Source: Candidatus Woesearchaeota archaeon (GTDB lineage: Archaea > Nanobdellota > Nanobdellia > Woesearchaeales > GW2011-AR4). From it: 64,000 nucleotides of DNA. Below are positions 16,969 to 26,061 of this stretch, in pieces. Below the pieces are notes generated by a model. The model made no database searches. It was given only the letters and a program-made list of their open reading frames with translations, and was not told the origin of the DNA. The position numbers and the translations under genes were made by a program. How positions within the stretch are numbered: the first letter of the stretch is position 1; every line of letters starts with the position of its first letter. The DNA is taken from NCBI GenBank assembly GCA_018303655.1, contig JAGVXT010000023.1:30394-94393 (forward strand), given 5' to 3'.

Positions 16969-17913
16969 TTAGGCGTTGAATTTTCCATATTCCATTACTA
17001 TAAGGCCATCAGCATATATTGTGGGATTTTTAATAACAACATCAATATGAAAAGGCACATCAACTTTGCCGCCAAAATGCCTGTTGTTGCCAAATGCAAT
17101 ATGGCAAGTGCTGGTAACCTTCTCGTCCTCTAAAACATTTCCTGTTATCTTTGCCTTACAGTTTGTTCCAATTCCAAGCTCGGCAACGTTCTTATATAAT
17201 TTGTTTTTTAATGATTTTTTGAATTGATTTGCGGTTTTTCCTCCAATAATCTTTGTGATAAATCCGTTTTTGACAATAATTTGAATAGTTTTATCGACTT
17301 TTCCAATGCCGCCTACGCTTGCATCAACTACGATTGTGCCGTTTGTTTTGTTTTCCAAAGGCGCAATAAAAATCTCGCCTGCAGGTAGATTTCCAAAAGC
17401 CCCTTTTTTTGTGTAAATCCCGTAGTCACTAACCCATTTTCTTCTCTTTGTATAAAACTCAACATTTGTTCCTTTTTTTGTTGTTATTTTTATTATATTT
17501 TTGTTTTCTAATTTTTTAATGAGTTTTTCGTTAATTATTTTTATTTTATTGAAATCAACATTTAATGCCCTTTTCATCATTTCAATTGTTATTCCAGGCA
17601 TGCTTGCTATTCTTGCCCCTTTCCTGCTTGCATTTTCCCTTGCTTTGGTATGGCTCAATGACTTTGTTGTGGGCATTAAAATAACATCATATTTCAGCAT
17701 CTCGTTCGCAATGTTTTTACTTGGTTCTGTCCCATGCGCTTCAGGTATTGGTGTCAGGACTAATTTGGATTTCTTAGTTATTTTCAATGAATTTTTATAA
17801 AGAATTTTTCCAATGTTTTTTAATTTTGAATCTGTAATAACCAAGCAACTTTCATTGCTCTTAAGATTCATGCAGTCCTTAAGAATTATTTTTGCGGATT
17901 TGTCAAGCAGCAT
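16969..17913 (-). CDS. M29-family (aminopeptidase T/S-like) aminopeptidase
   Basis: GNLPAGEIFIAP, ELGIGTN and HIAFG/HID blocks typical of the thermophilic metalloprotease M29 family. Confidence 0.65.
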   Translation of the reverse strand: MLLDKSAKIILKDCMNLKSNESCLVITDSKLKNIGKILYKNSLKITKKSKLVLTPIPEAHGTEPSKNIANEMLKYDVILMPTTKSLSHTKARENASRKGARIASMPGITIEMMKRALNVDFNKIKIINEKLIKKLENKNIIKITTKKGTNVEFYTKRRKWVSDYGIYTKKGAFGNLPAGEIFIAPLENKTNGTIVVDASVGGIGKVDKTIQIIVKNGFITKIIGGKTANQFKKSLKNKLYKNVAELGIGTNCKAKITGNVLEDEKVTSTCHIAFGNNRHFGGKVDVPFHIDVVIKNPTIYADGLIVMEYGKFNA

Positions 17914-17914
17914 T

Positions 17915-19693
17915 TTAAGCTACAAAATCCCCGTCTTTTAGAATCCAGTGCTTGTTGCCATTTTTGTCAATCCCGTATACATCAATCTTCTGCCTTGGGG
18001 CATTGAAAACAATGTCCATATGGTATTCTGTGCTCCTGTCAGGCTCGAAACCGCTTCCAAGCGCAATGTGCATCATTCTTGCTATTTTCTCGTTAACAAT
18101 AAGGTATTCGCACAATCTCGCCTTTGGGTTGGTGTTGATTGCGAACTCTCCAATTCTTTCAAAATTATTCTTTTTTAAATTGATTATTTCCTGGGGAATG
18201 CTCTTGTTCTTTTCAGCCTCAAGCAGTAGCTTCATTGCCTCGTCTTTTCTTTTTTTGATTTTATCGATGATTTCCTTTGGTCCATTTGTTATCTTATAGC
18301 TGTCACCATAGCACTCAACAACCAACGGGTTTTTTTCATTTAATGAATAGCTCTGGTCAACATGAACAACAACATCCCCCACAAAGATTCCTTTCATGTA
18401 CTCCGGAGTTGTAAATGCCTCTCCTCCTGGAATGTTGCCCATGCAGCCTGCCCTTATGCCTGTCATTTTCAAGTATTCCCTGTTTAGCTTTTCTTTTACA
18501 TCGGTATCGCTTCTTCTGACCCATCTTCTTGAGCCGTCTTCTTTTATCAATCCAACTTCAAGCTTTGTGACATATTTTTCCTTTAGCTTGCCTTCCACAT
18601 GGATGACATCGCATTTGTCCATTATATCCTTGACTTTCTGGTTTCTTGCCCTTATGTCACTCCAATCAACCAAATTCGTCTCGATAAAAATGTCAATCGG
18701 TATTGTTTCTGTAAAGGCAACCCTTGCCATTGGATCTCTTTTATCATACTTTGTTTGAGGATAGAAATCGAGCTTGTAAATCATCTGTCCGGGAGTCTGC
18801 CATCTTGTTTTTTTATTTGGAGAAGGATATCCAATAATCTCTCCAAAAAGATGCTTTCCGGGATACCCTTTTGCGCTTATTGAAAAAGACAAGTCTATGG
18901 GTTTTATTCTGTCGAGCTTCAGCAATTGTGATAATCTTTTGTATTTCTTAAATGGCCCCTCATCAATGTCCTTTGACAGCTCACATCCAAGCAATGTTGC
19001 CCTTAATTCAGAAACTCTTTCGCTTTTCTCGAGCATGGAGCCTCTAAAAGTGCAGGCATTCATTGTTGGATCCGCGGTTTTTTTTGCGGTTTGCGTCATT
19101 GCCCATATTATGGAGTAAGAGTCAAGATAATCCTCCAAAGGGTGCCCCATCAAATCTTTTGTTGGAATAAGCGTGAAGCCGATGCCTACCCTCTCGCCTT
19201 TTTTCAGAGCATATACCTCTCTCCAAAGAATTTCGGCAGTCTGCATCAGCTCTTTCATTCTGTAGTCATTAAACCACTCTGTGTGGAAAGGCAATTTTAA
19301 TGCGCCTTCAAAATTGTCTTTTCCGGCTTCAAGAATAAAATCCGGCTTTTTGAACAGTTTTCTGAATTCTCCTCTGGCTTTTTTATCAACTTCCTGAATA
19401 AATTCTCCTAAAGCCTTTGTTTTTTCATTTTTTATTCCTTTCTCCAGTTCTTCAAAGCACTGCCACACATCCTTTAGGGCTTCCAGCCCTTCTGATTCAC
19501 CATTTATCCCCACGCAGCTTACATCCGCACCTAATTCATGAAGCGCCCTTGACAAAGGCGCCAATGTGTAGAAATCATTCCTGTTGATTATATCAAATGT
19601 TATAAAGAAAGATTTGTTCTTGGCATTTTTTATTATTTTTTTATAATCGCTGACAGCAGAATTAAATTCATTTTCGTTGTATTTCATGAGCAT
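17915..19693 (-). CDS. M29-aminopeptidase-like protein with large unrecognised N-terminal region
   Basis: The C-terminal half has GNIPGGEAFTTPE, EFAINTN, HIALGSG and HMDIV blocks parallel to the neighbouring M29 gene. I do not recognise the N-terminal ~350 aa. Confidence 0.5.
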   Translation of the reverse strand: MLMKYNENEFNSAVSDYKKIIKNAKNKSFFITFDIINRNDFYTLAPLSRALHELGADVSCVGINGESEGLEALKDVWQCFEELEKGIKNEKTKALGEFIQEVDKKARGEFRKLFKKPDFILEAGKDNFEGALKLPFHTEWFNDYRMKELMQTAEILWREVYALKKGERVGIGFTLIPTKDLMGHPLEDYLDSYSIIWAMTQTAKKTADPTMNACTFRGSMLEKSERVSELRATLLGCELSKDIDEGPFKKYKRLSQLLKLDRIKPIDLSFSISAKGYPGKHLFGEIIGYPSPNKKTRWQTPGQMIYKLDFYPQTKYDKRDPMARVAFTETIPIDIFIETNLVDWSDIRARNQKVKDIMDKCDVIHVEGKLKEKYVTKLEVGLIKEDGSRRWVRRSDTDVKEKLNREYLKMTGIRAGCMGNIPGGEAFTTPEYMKGIFVGDVVVHVDQSYSLNEKNPLVVECYGDSYKITNGPKEIIDKIKKRKDEAMKLLLEAEKNKSIPQEIINLKKNNFERIGEFAINTNPKARLCEYLIVNEKIARMMHIALGSGFEPDRSTEYHMDIVFNAPRQKIDVYGIDKNGNKHWILKDGDFVA

Positions 19694-19712
19694 GGTAATT
19701 CAGAATTTGTTT

Positions 19713-20948
19713 TTAAAACTTTGCACTTGAGCTGGACCTTAAATCAGGCGTCTTAAGCAGATACACAAAGCACAATGCCAGGAAAATCAAGACCATTACT
19801 AATGATATGTCGTAGCTGTACTGCACAATAAGCCAGCCGCCCAATAGGGGACCAAACAATGCAGCCAGCCTGCCGACTATTTGCAAGTAGCCAAAATACT
19901 CCCCCATCTTATCATTTGGCGTCAAGAACACAAAGAAGCTCCTTGAGGCTGCAAGAGAGCCGCCAAATGCAATGCTTCCAAGCAGCCCGGCAATCCAAAA
20001 GGCTGTCAGGTTTTTTGAAATGATGAAAGTTGATATTACTGCCATCCACGTAATAATACAAATCTTCAGCATATTCCTTGAGCCATACCTGTCAGCGAGC
20101 TTGCCAAATATCAAGGCTCCGAAGCAAGCGCCAAACGACTGCCCCATAAACAAGAATATGAAGCTCGCCAGAGTCATTCCTATTTCTTTTTTAGCATACA
20201 GGAAGAAAAAGATGTCTATGGCTGCAAGCGCATTTGAGAAAAGTGCGTAGTATACTAGGAAAGGCAGCATTCCTTTAATATCCATTAATTTCCTTAAATT
20301 CATTATAATAGAAGCGAAAGTTCTTCTAATATCCTGAATGCTTATTTTAAAGTTTTGCTTCTTTACATTCTCATCTTTTACCACAAAAAATAAAGGAAGT
20401 GAAAAGGCAAAAAAGAAAATTGCAATCACGGGGAAAACTGCATTAATGCCAGCGGCTGTTTCCATTGTGTCATTGGCAAAGTACCAAAGGGTAATATAAG
20501 CAACAAAGAGGCTTAACAGGGTGCCTATGAAGCCAGTAGCCATGCCAAGACCAGAAATTTTTCCCATTTCTTTGTCTGAAGCTAGGGTTGGCAGGAGCGC
20601 ATTGTATATGGATAAACTCAAATTATAAAGTATTGTTGCAATTCCTGCAAGAATCAGGTTCCAGAACAAGTTTGTCAATGGCAAAATTGCAATTATGATT
20701 ATCATTAAAAATGTCGGAATCACGATGAATGGCTTTCTTACATTAGTTTTATCGGAAATCGCCCCTGCAATCGGAACAATGATGCTAAAAACAAAAATTG
20801 CGATTGCGACTGTCAGCCCGATGTGAAATTCATTTCCCCCTAAGATGGAGGTAACTAAAAGCGGCCAGAATATAGTTACAAATGGTGATGTGAATGCCGT
20901 GTTGGCTAAGTCGTACAGCGCCCATGCAACAATTTTTTTACTTAACAT
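19713..20948 (-). CDS. MFS transporter (Atg22/UMF1-like)
   Basis: About 12 TM helices and an N-terminal AWALYDLANTAF motif. Confidence 0.65.
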   Translation of the reverse strand: MLSKKIVAWALYDLANTAFTSPFVTIFWPLLVTSILGGNEFHIGLTVAIAIFVFSIIVPIAGAISDKTNVRKPFIVIPTFLMIIIIAILPLTNLFWNLILAGIATILYNLSLSIYNALLPTLASDKEMGKISGLGMATGFIGTLLSLFVAYITLWYFANDTMETAAGINAVFPVIAIFFFAFSLPLFFVVKDENVKKQNFKISIQDIRRTFASIIMNLRKLMDIKGMLPFLVYYALFSNALAAIDIFFFLYAKKEIGMTLASFIFLFMGQSFGACFGALIFGKLADRYGSRNMLKICIITWMAVISTFIISKNLTAFWIAGLLGSIAFGGSLAASRSFFVFLTPNDKMGEYFGYLQIVGRLAALFGPLLGGWLIVQYSYDISLVMVLIFLALCFVYLLKTPDLRSSSSAKF

Positions 20949-20953
20949 TTTCC

Positions 20954-21346
20954 CTAGCTTTTTCCAGTTCTCTTGCCTTTATCGGCAATCAAAAACACTG
21001 CCGTCGCAATTGCATAACTGCGGTCGTGGCTTATGCTCAAATCACAGCTTAACATTTTTAAATTATTTTTTAAAAATGGCTTCTGAATCCGTAAAACTGG
21101 TTTTTCCCCGCTTAATTTTTGTATTAAAATATCATGCCATCTTAATTGGTTGAACACCTTCTTACAGCTTTCTTTTGCAGCAAACAATCCAGCCAAGGTT
21201 TCAGGTTTCGCGTTCCTAATCTCACTCTCATGGAATATCTTATGCAGAGGCTCTCTGCCCAAATTTTTGAATCTCTTGATTTCTACAATATCGCAGCCAA
21301 TCCTTATATTTAAGCCTCCGATCTTGGAATTATTATGGATTGCCAT
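20954..21346 (-). CDS. acpS: 4-prime-phosphopantetheinyl transferase (holo-ACP synthase type)
   Basis: GCDIVEIKRF, LFAAKESCKKV and SISHDRSYAIA motifs. Start set at the ATG at 21346, 4 nt after the upstream stop; the track start at 21376 is an alternative. Confidence 0.75.
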   Translation of the reverse strand: MAIHNNSKIGGLNIRIGCDIVEIKRFKNLGREPLHKIFHESEIRNAKPETLAGLFAAKESCKKVFNQLRWHDILIQKLSGEKPVLRIQKPFLKNNLKMLSCDLSISHDRSYAIATAVFLIADKGKRTGKS

Positions 21347-21350
21347 TGAA

Positions 21351-23720
21351 TCACAATTCCCCAACTTTTTGCTCAAGAATTCTTGCTATTTCCTTATATG
21401 GCTTGTTGGTTATTTCACTTGGGTCAATCAACTTCCCAAAAGTAACGCTTGTTTTTCCAAATTTAGGTATTGTTTTTCCTATTGGGAGGACTTCAAAGAG
21501 GCCTTTTAGCCTTACTGGCACTATGGGGATTTTCATGCTTGTTACTATAAGTCCCACTCCACTTTTAAATTCGTGTATTTTACCGTCCAATGTCCTCTTC
21601 CCTTCGGGGAAAAATATTACAGAAAATTTCCTGTCCATCATCTCACCCATAAAATCCATACTTTCATCTATTCCGATAGTGGCTCCAAATGGGAAGGCAT
21701 TATATGAAAAGATACTGTAGTAGCCCAGCATTTTTTTCAAATTCCTCTTAATAAATCCCTTGACTCCAATGCCAAATACAACCACGCCATCTGCTGCAAC
21801 TGCCAAAGGGATTTTAATGTGTTTAATCATTAAAGGCACATCGAATGCACTTTGGTGGTTGCTTACAAATATTACAGGATATTTTATGCCTTCGAGATTA
21901 TCAAGCCCAAAATATTGCGTTTTGGTAAAAAATCTGGCTATTGGAAAAACGAGCAACTTTTGGTAAACTTTCCTTAACACCTCAAACAATCTCGTAGTAG
22001 GCCAAGATCGGAACTTTATGCGATAAACAACTCTTTGGTTTGTGAGCTTTTCAAGATCAAAAACTGTTGTATTTTGGTCCAATTTCATTTCATCTATCTC
22101 GACATCAAAATGATTTTCCAGCTCTGTAATGAGTTCAATCCTCTTTAGAGAGTCCATGCCGATATCAACAAGATTGGAACTCTGGTTGATTTTTTTACCC
22201 GGCACGAGTATCTGATCTATGATTTTGAACAGTTTCTTTTCATACGAGAATTTTTCCAATGCTGCCCTATTGCTGCCTAGTTCCTTCATTAATATAAACT
22301 TTTTAACCTTGCCAGTTGGAGTTTTTGGAAATTCATTTTTCCAAACAGTATAACCTGCAATTTTCTGATGACTTAGCAATTTCTCATTCGCCTGCTTTAT
22401 TATTTCCTTAGGGTTTTTTCCCTCTTCAAGGATTAAGATTGCTTGCACTTTATTGTCTTTTTGGACAACACAGCTTTCCTTCACGCCATTTATTGAATTG
22501 AGTACAGGCTCTATGTCCGAGGGATATGCCTTCAAGCCGCTTGGGGTTATGATGATATCTTTCTTGCGCTCTTTAATGTAGAGGTAATCATCCTTTATCT
22601 CGCCGACGTCGCCTGTCTTAAACCACCCATTTTCAAAAGATGCCTTTGTTTTTTCTTTGTCGAGGTAGTAGCCTATTGAAATGTTGGCTCCCTTGACTAG
22701 AATCTCTTTGTCAGGACCAAGCTTGACGCTTATCCCATAGGCTATTTTGCCGGCACTTCCAGTTCTTGATGCGAAAGGCGCATTGATGCTGACAACAGCG
22801 GCTGTCTCTGTCAAACCATACCCTTGCAGCACAAAAATATATTTCCTCTTCCACCACTTTTCTACCTCGGGTTCCAGGGCAGCGCCTCCCACGCCTATAA
22901 TCCTAAATTGAATTCCAAGATTGCATGCAACACACTTGTCTTCCAAATGTTCTCTCAGATTTGCCAAAATTCCCGGCACAAAGATTGCTGCGTGGATTCT
23001 TTTGTTTCTTATAAGGGCAATCAATTTTCTAGGCTGTACCGTATCGGTAAAGAAAACGTTATAGCCAAAATGAAGAGGCAAAAACAAACCCATTATTTGT
23101 GCAAATATATGGCTTAGCGGCAGAACATTCAGAAATCTCAAGTGCAGCCTTATATTGATTGTTTTTACAGCAACCTGCACAGCCGTATAAATGTTGTCAT
23201 GGGTTAATATAACACCTTTTGGGTCTCCTGTTGTGCCAGAGGTGTATTGTATTTCAATGATATCATTTGGCTTAATTTCAGGATATGGGATTTCTTTAAA
23301 TACTCCATCGTCTAAGTGGTTTTCAAGCTCTTCCAAAAGATAGCTCTTTACATTTCTGATTGAATGATTGATGAATTCTCTTTGAAAAATTGCCTTTGCG
23401 TTAACCTGATTGTTTATTTTTTTAACGAGCTTTTTATCTGACATAACATCAAGCGGCACCACAATAATTCCAGACAGGATGCATGCCAAATATACTACAA
23501 CCCACTCTATTGAGCTGTATCCCAGAATTATTATTTTATCTCCTTTTTTTATTTTGTTATTGTCAAGAAAAATCCTTAGTTTTTGGATTTTTCCATGTAA
23601 CTCATTGCCGCTGACATGCCTTGTCCTATATCCTATTTTTTGGCTGTACAGCGTCCTTTGGGTGTTTGATGATATGGCTTTCAGAATAAGCTCTTGCAGA
23701 GGGGAAAGCTTTTGACTCAT
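21351..23720 (-). CDS. tri-domain protein: acyl-AMP ligase / carrier protein / PlsC-type acyltransferase
   Basis: Adenylation motifs YTSGTTGDPKG, GYGLTETA, WFKTGD, PKTPTGKVKK (aa ~60-480). Carrier motif GMDSLKRIEL with Ser523. Acyltransferase HX4D NHQSAFD (aa 621-627), FPEGKRT, IPIVPV. Confidence 0.85.
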   Translation of the reverse strand: MSQKLSPLQELILKAISSNTQRTLYSQKIGYRTRHVSGNELHGKIQKLRIFLDNNKIKKGDKIIILGYSSIEWVVVYLACILSGIIVVPLDVMSDKKLVKKINNQVNAKAIFQREFINHSIRNVKSYLLEELENHLDDGVFKEIPYPEIKPNDIIEIQYTSGTTGDPKGVILTHDNIYTAVQVAVKTINIRLHLRFLNVLPLSHIFAQIMGLFLPLHFGYNVFFTDTVQPRKLIALIRNKRIHAAIFVPGILANLREHLEDKCVACNLGIQFRIIGVGGAALEPEVEKWWKRKYIFVLQGYGLTETAAVVSINAPFASRTGSAGKIAYGISVKLGPDKEILVKGANISIGYYLDKEKTKASFENGWFKTGDVGEIKDDYLYIKERKKDIIITPSGLKAYPSDIEPVLNSINGVKESCVVQKDNKVQAILILEEGKNPKEIIKQANEKLLSHQKIAGYTVWKNEFPKTPTGKVKKFILMKELGSNRAALEKFSYEKKLFKIIDQILVPGKKINQSSNLVDIGMDSLKRIELITELENHFDVEIDEMKLDQNTTVFDLEKLTNQRVVYRIKFRSWPTTRLFEVLRKVYQKLLVFPIARFFTKTQYFGLDNLEGIKYPVIFVSNHQSAFDVPLMIKHIKIPLAVAADGVVVFGIGVKGFIKRNLKKMLGYYSIFSYNAFPFGATIGIDESMDFMGEMMDRKFSVIFFPEGKRTLDGKIHEFKSGVGLIVTSMKIPIVPVRLKGLFEVLPIGKTIPKFGKTSVTFGKLIDPSEITNKPYKEIARILEQKVGEL

Positions 23721-23732
23721 GTTACTTTGACC

Positions 23733-24806
23733 TTATCCAATCGTTAATAAATCTTTTGATGTTTTTGTAAGAGTTGTAATCCTATTTTTGAACAATAGAG
23801 TATCTTCTATCCGAATGCCGAATTTTCCTGGGAAATAAATTCCCGGCTCGATTGTAAAAACCATATTATTCCTTATTTTGTCTTTTGAATTTAGCGTAAG
23901 ATTCGGCAGTTCATGAATTTCAACTCCAACCCCATGCCCGAGCCCGTGAGTAAAATTTTTTTTGTATTTTCCAAGGCTTTTGTTTGTGTAATTATAAAGT
24001 TCAGAGCATTTTTTATCGTTCTTTATCTGGTTAATTGTGTTTTGTTGTATTGACAGAAGCATATTGTATATCTCTTTTTCCTTTTTTGATATTTTCCCAA
24101 TGAAAATTGTTCTTGTGATGTCAGAGCAATAACCCATATATTCCACTCCAAAATCTATGACACAGAATCCTCTTTTGATTTTTGTATTTGACGGCTCGTG
24201 ATGGGGCATGCTTCCGTTGCTTCCGGAAGCCACGATTGGATTAAAGGAAATCTCCAGCCCATTTTTCTTTGCTTCGTATTCAAGAAAAGCTGCCGCTTCG
24301 CTTTCTGTTTTGAAGCTTTTGAAATTTTTTATTGCCTTTTGGAGTATTTTGTCAGCATAAGCGCATGATTTTTTAAGAAAGTGCGTCTCTTTTTCTGTTT
24401 TTATTTCTCTTAGCCTCATGCAATCCAATGAGATGTCCTTTGTTTTTGCTCTTTTGAATTGTTTTTTAAAATGCTCATAGGAATTCAATGTAAAGTTATT
24501 CTTGTCTATTGCAATGTCTCTTGTTTTTAGTTTATTCTTTTTTACGATTTTGTCGATTGACTCAAAGAACTTCTTTTTTTCCATTGAATAGGCTTTTTTA
24601 ACCATTGATTTTCTTGCCCTTTCAATCTCCATGTCGGGCGCTATAAGAAAAGCCGGCTTGCTTTCAGGCACAACCAAGGCTCCAACTCCTTTGTAGCCTG
24701 AGAAATAAAGCATATTGGCATTGTATCTTGATGAGTCTAAATTGTAGAAGATTGCGAAATCAACTCTTTTTTTCCCAAGAATTGACTTAAATTCATTAAT
24801 TCTCAT
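23733..24806 (-). CDS. M24B Xaa-Pro aminopeptidase/dipeptidase
   Basis: Pita-bread metal-ligand blocks VIDFG, DITRT, HGLGHGVGVEIHE, TIEPGIY, IRIED. Confidence 0.85.
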   Translation of the reverse strand: MRINEFKSILGKKRVDFAIFYNLDSSRYNANMLYFSGYKGVGALVVPESKPAFLIAPDMEIERARKSMVKKAYSMEKKKFFESIDKIVKKNKLKTRDIAIDKNNFTLNSYEHFKKQFKRAKTKDISLDCMRLREIKTEKETHFLKKSCAYADKILQKAIKNFKSFKTESEAAAFLEYEAKKNGLEISFNPIVASGSNGSMPHHEPSNTKIKRGFCVIDFGVEYMGYCSDITRTIFIGKISKKEKEIYNMLLSIQQNTINQIKNDKKCSELYNYTNKSLGKYKKNFTHGLGHGVGVEIHELPNLTLNSKDKIRNNMVFTIEPGIYFPGKFGIRIEDTLLFKNRITTLTKTSKDLLTIG

Positions 24807-24851
24807 TATAATTCAAAAATCTTATATACCATTTAAAGTTTTTCCTTTGGC

Positions 24852-26060
24852 ATGGAGAAATGCAGGCTGAAGAACGGTATCACCCTTATCTTTGAGAAGA
24901 ACTCTTCCAAGTCAGTTGCTGTTGAGGTCATGTTCAAGTTCGGCTCTAATTTTGAAAGCAAAAAGACAGCCGGAATCGCTCATTTTCTTGAGCACATGCT
25001 GTTTGAAGGCACAAAAAACAGGAAAGACTCAAGGGAGATTGCCAATGAGATTGAAAAATATGGAGGGGAATTCAATGCCTATACAACAGGCGACAGGACA
25101 GCTTTCTTTATCAAGATAATAAACAAAAGGCTTGACACAGCCTTGGATATTTTGAGCGACATGGTTGCCAATCCGATTTTTGACGAGAAGATCATTGAGA
25201 AGGAAAAGCAGGTCATTCTGAAAGAGATAAACATGGTTACTGACGACTCAAGGCTGCACCAATGGATTTTATTCCAGAAGACATTATTTGACAGGCATCC
25301 TGCAAGAAACCCCACTTATGGGACTGTTGAGGCTGTCAAAAGCTTTGACAGAAAAAATGTAGCATGTTATTACTACAGCCATTACATTCCGAACAATATG
25401 GTTATTTCTGTTATAGGCAATGTCAAAAATGTTAAAGCCAATATACAAAAATATTTTGGCAATTTAAAGCCGAGAAACCGGATTAAAAGGGCCATGGTAA
25501 AAGAGCCTTTGCAGAAAAAAATCAAAAAGTTTGTTGAGAAAAAGAAGACGCTTAATTCCTATATGATTTTAGGCTACAAAACCGTGCACAGGCTGCACAA
25601 CGATAGTTATGTTCTTGATGTGATAGCGGCAATACTTGGAAGAGGACAATCTGGATGGATTTTTGACGAGATAAGAAACAAGCGCGGATTAGCGTATCAA
25701 GTTGGGGTAAACGATGAAAATGAGATGGATTACGGAACGTTTGCTGTCTACACGGGCATGGACAAGAAAAACATAGAAAAGGCAAAAGAAATTATTTTGC
25801 AGCAGTTCAGAAGACTTGAAAAAACAAGCAAAAAGGACTTGGAAGAGGCAAAAACATTCATTGAAGGAAATCATGCACTTGAAACAGAGGACAATTTTAC
25901 AAGAGCCGACAACCTTGCTGTCTGGGAAACAATAAAGGATGCTAAGCTTGCAGACTCTTATTTGAAAAACATAAGAAGAGTCACAATTAATGATGTAAAA
26001 AGAGCTGCAAAAAAATATCTTAATAACAAGTATACTTTGGTTGTGATAGAGCAGGAATGA
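24852..26060 (+). CDS. M16 (insulinase/pitrilysin-like) zinc peptidase
   Basis: Inverted zinc motif HFLEHMLFEGT and a downstream Glu block (GGEFNAYT). Confidence 0.8.
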   Translation: MEKCRLKNGITLIFEKNSSKSVAVEVMFKFGSNFESKKTAGIAHFLEHMLFEGTKNRKDSREIANEIEKYGGEFNAYTTGDRTAFFIKIINKRLDTALDILSDMVANPIFDEKIIEKEKQVILKEINMVTDDSRLHQWILFQKTLFDRHPARNPTYGTVEAVKSFDRKNVACYYYSHYIPNNMVISVIGNVKNVKANIQKYFGNLKPRNRIKRAMVKEPLQKKIKKFVEKKKTLNSYMILGYKTVHRLHNDSYVLDVIAAILGRGQSGWIFDEIRNKRGLAYQVGVNDENEMDYGTFAVYTGMDKKNIEKAKEIILQQFRRLEKTSKKDLEEAKTFIEGNHALETEDNFTRADNLAVWETIKDAKLADSYLKNIRRVTINDVKRAAKKYLNNKYTLVVIEQE

Positions 26061-26061
26061 T

